Shown in pieces: positions 62,616-64,000 of a stretch of DNA of 64,000 nucleotides; positions within the stretch are counted from its first letter, which is position 1, and every line of letters starts with the position of its first letter. The DNA is from Cyanobacteria bacterium P01_D01_bin.156 (GTDB taxonomy: Bacteria; Cyanobacteriota; Cyanobacteriia; Phormidesmidales; Phormidesmidaceae). A model generated the notes under the pieces. The model ran no database searches and was not told the DNA's origin. It saw only the letters and a program-made list of their open reading frames with translations. The stretch spans positions 128,001 to 192,000 of the forward strand of contig JBCCQQ010000003.1 of assembly GCA_039024555.1 (NCBI GenBank), read 5' to 3'. The position numbers and the translations under genes are program-made.

Positions 62616-62750
62616 AGGTAAGCTCAATGCATCAAGTGGATTAAAGCAGGTTCAAAAAGCTAATGCGGTAACCAGAACGGCAATTTTATATTGATAAAAG
62701 CATTGCTAAAAAAACAGCACCCGAATCAACTGCCGCTCCAGTTAAAGGAA

Positions 62751-64000
62751 TTAGAGAGTATCAACAGTGTCGAACTCGAACTTGATTTCCTTCCAAAGTT
62801 CACAAGCTGCAGCCAGCTCAGGAGACCACTTGCAAGCCTCGCGAATGATATCGCCACCTTCGCGAGCCAGGTTACGACCTTCGTTACGAGCTTGAACACA
62901 AGCCTCAAGGGCAACACGGTTTGCAGTTGCACCGGGAGCGTTACCCCAAGGGTGACCCAGAGTACCACCACCGAACTGAAGTACGGAATCGTCGCCAAAG
63001 ATTTCAACCAGCGCAGGCATATGCCATACGTGAATACCACCAGAAGCTACAGCCATTACGCCACCCATAGCTGCCCAGTCCTGGGTGAAGTAAACCCCAC
63101 GGGACTTGTCTTGCTCAACGTAATTCTCACGCAGTAGGTCAACAAAGCCCATAGTACCGGCACGGTCACCTTCAAGCTTTCCGACTACAGTACCAGTGTG
63201 AATATGGTCACCACCGGACATACGCAAACACTTGGCTAGAACACGGAAGTGAATGCCATGGTTCTTCTGACGGTCGATTACCGCGTGCATTGCACGGTGA
63301 ATGTGCAAGAGTACACCATTATCGCGGCACCAGTGGGACAGAGTGGTATTTGCCGTAAAACCACCAGTCAGGAAGTCGTGCATGATAATGGGCTGGTCGA
63401 GTTCTTTGGCGTACTCGGCCCGCTTGATCATCTCTTCGCAAGTCGCAGCAGTCACATTTAGGTAGTGACCCTTGATTTCACCAGTCTCAGCCTGGGCTTT
63501 GGTAATAGCATCGGCACAGAACAAGAAACGATCACGCCAGCGCTGGAAAGGCTGAGAGTTAATGTTCTCGTCATCCTTAGTGAAGTCGAGACCACCACGC
63601 AAGCACTCATAAACCGCACGGCCGTAGTTCTTAGCGGATAGACCGAGTTTAGGCTTAATAGTACAGCCCAGCATAGGACGACCGTACTTGTTTAATTTGT
63701 CACGCTCAACCTGAATACCATGGGGAGGGCCCTGGAACGTCTTGAGGTAAGCAACTGGGATGCGCAAGTCTTCCAGACGTAGAGCACGCAGAGCCTTAAA
63801 GCCGAATACGTTACCTACTAGAGAAGTTAGTAGGTTAGTAACGGAACCTTCTTCGAACAAATCGAGAGGGTAAGCAACGTAACAAATGTACTGGTTATCT
63901 TCGCCGGGTACGGGCTCAATATCATAGCAACGACCCTTATACCGATCCATGTCGGTCAGCAGGTCAGTCCATACGGTAGTCCATGTACCGGTAGAAGACT
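62751..64000 (-). CDS. rbcL: RuBisCO large subunit, form IB (5' end outside window)
   Basis: [22 protein letters not shown]; frame open to the window edge. Confidence 0.99.
   Translation of the reverse strand, partial: SSTGTWTTVWTDLLTDMDRYKGRCYDIEPVPGEDNQYICYVAYPLDLFEEGSVTNLLTSLVGNVFGFKALRALRLEDLRIPVAYLKTFQGPPHGIQVERDKLNKYGRPMLGCTIKPKLGLSAKNYGRAVYECLRGGLDFTKDDENINSQPFQRWRDRFLFCADAITKAQAETGEIKGHYLNVTAATCEEMIKRAEYAKELDQPIIMHDFLTGGFTANTTLSHWCRDNGVLLHIHRAMHAVIDRQKNHGIHFRVLAKCLRMSGGDHIHTGTVVGKLEGDRAGTMGFVDLLRENYVEQDKSRGVYFTQDWAAMGGVMAVASGGIHVWHMPALVEIFGDDSVLQFGGGTLGHPWGNAPGATANRVALEACVQARNEGRNLAREGGDIIREACKWSPELAAACELWKEIKFEFDTVDTL

Noticed and set aside
118..63461. Numerous 60-150 aa ORFs nested in or antisense to recognised genes
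   Set aside because: Shadow ORFs with no motifs or RBS support

Overview
Chromosomal window from a cyanobacterium. Evidence: recurring HIP1 octamers GCGATCGC, form IB rbcL-rbcX-rbcS, raf1, ndhA-I-G-E, nblS and a cytochrome c6 gene; the PEP-CTERM, TIR and NACHT content suggests a filamentous lineage. Most of it is housekeeping (recJ, recR, lipA, metH, gltA, alr, gshA, trmL, purD, three tRNAs). The most notable items are: (1) an accessory module at about 4.36-10.2 kb, where an HTH-NACHT (STAND) gene is divergent from a run of orphan NfeD, a Zn-ribbon membrane protein, an Era/YfjP-like GTPase and two paralogous small amphipathic proteins, with a duplicated promoter and a decayed second NfeD copy; (2) a DnaA-box cluster just after recJ that looks like an oriC, although dnaA/dnaN are not in the window; (3) RecJ fused to a coiled coil and a degenerate HEPN-like domain; (4) a triple-TIR/TM/14xWD40 receptor overlapping a heme-c sensor gene; (5) a GAF-PAS histidine kinase with Tyr in place of the phospho-acceptor His. 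All family calls come from recognising motifs by eye; no searches were run.
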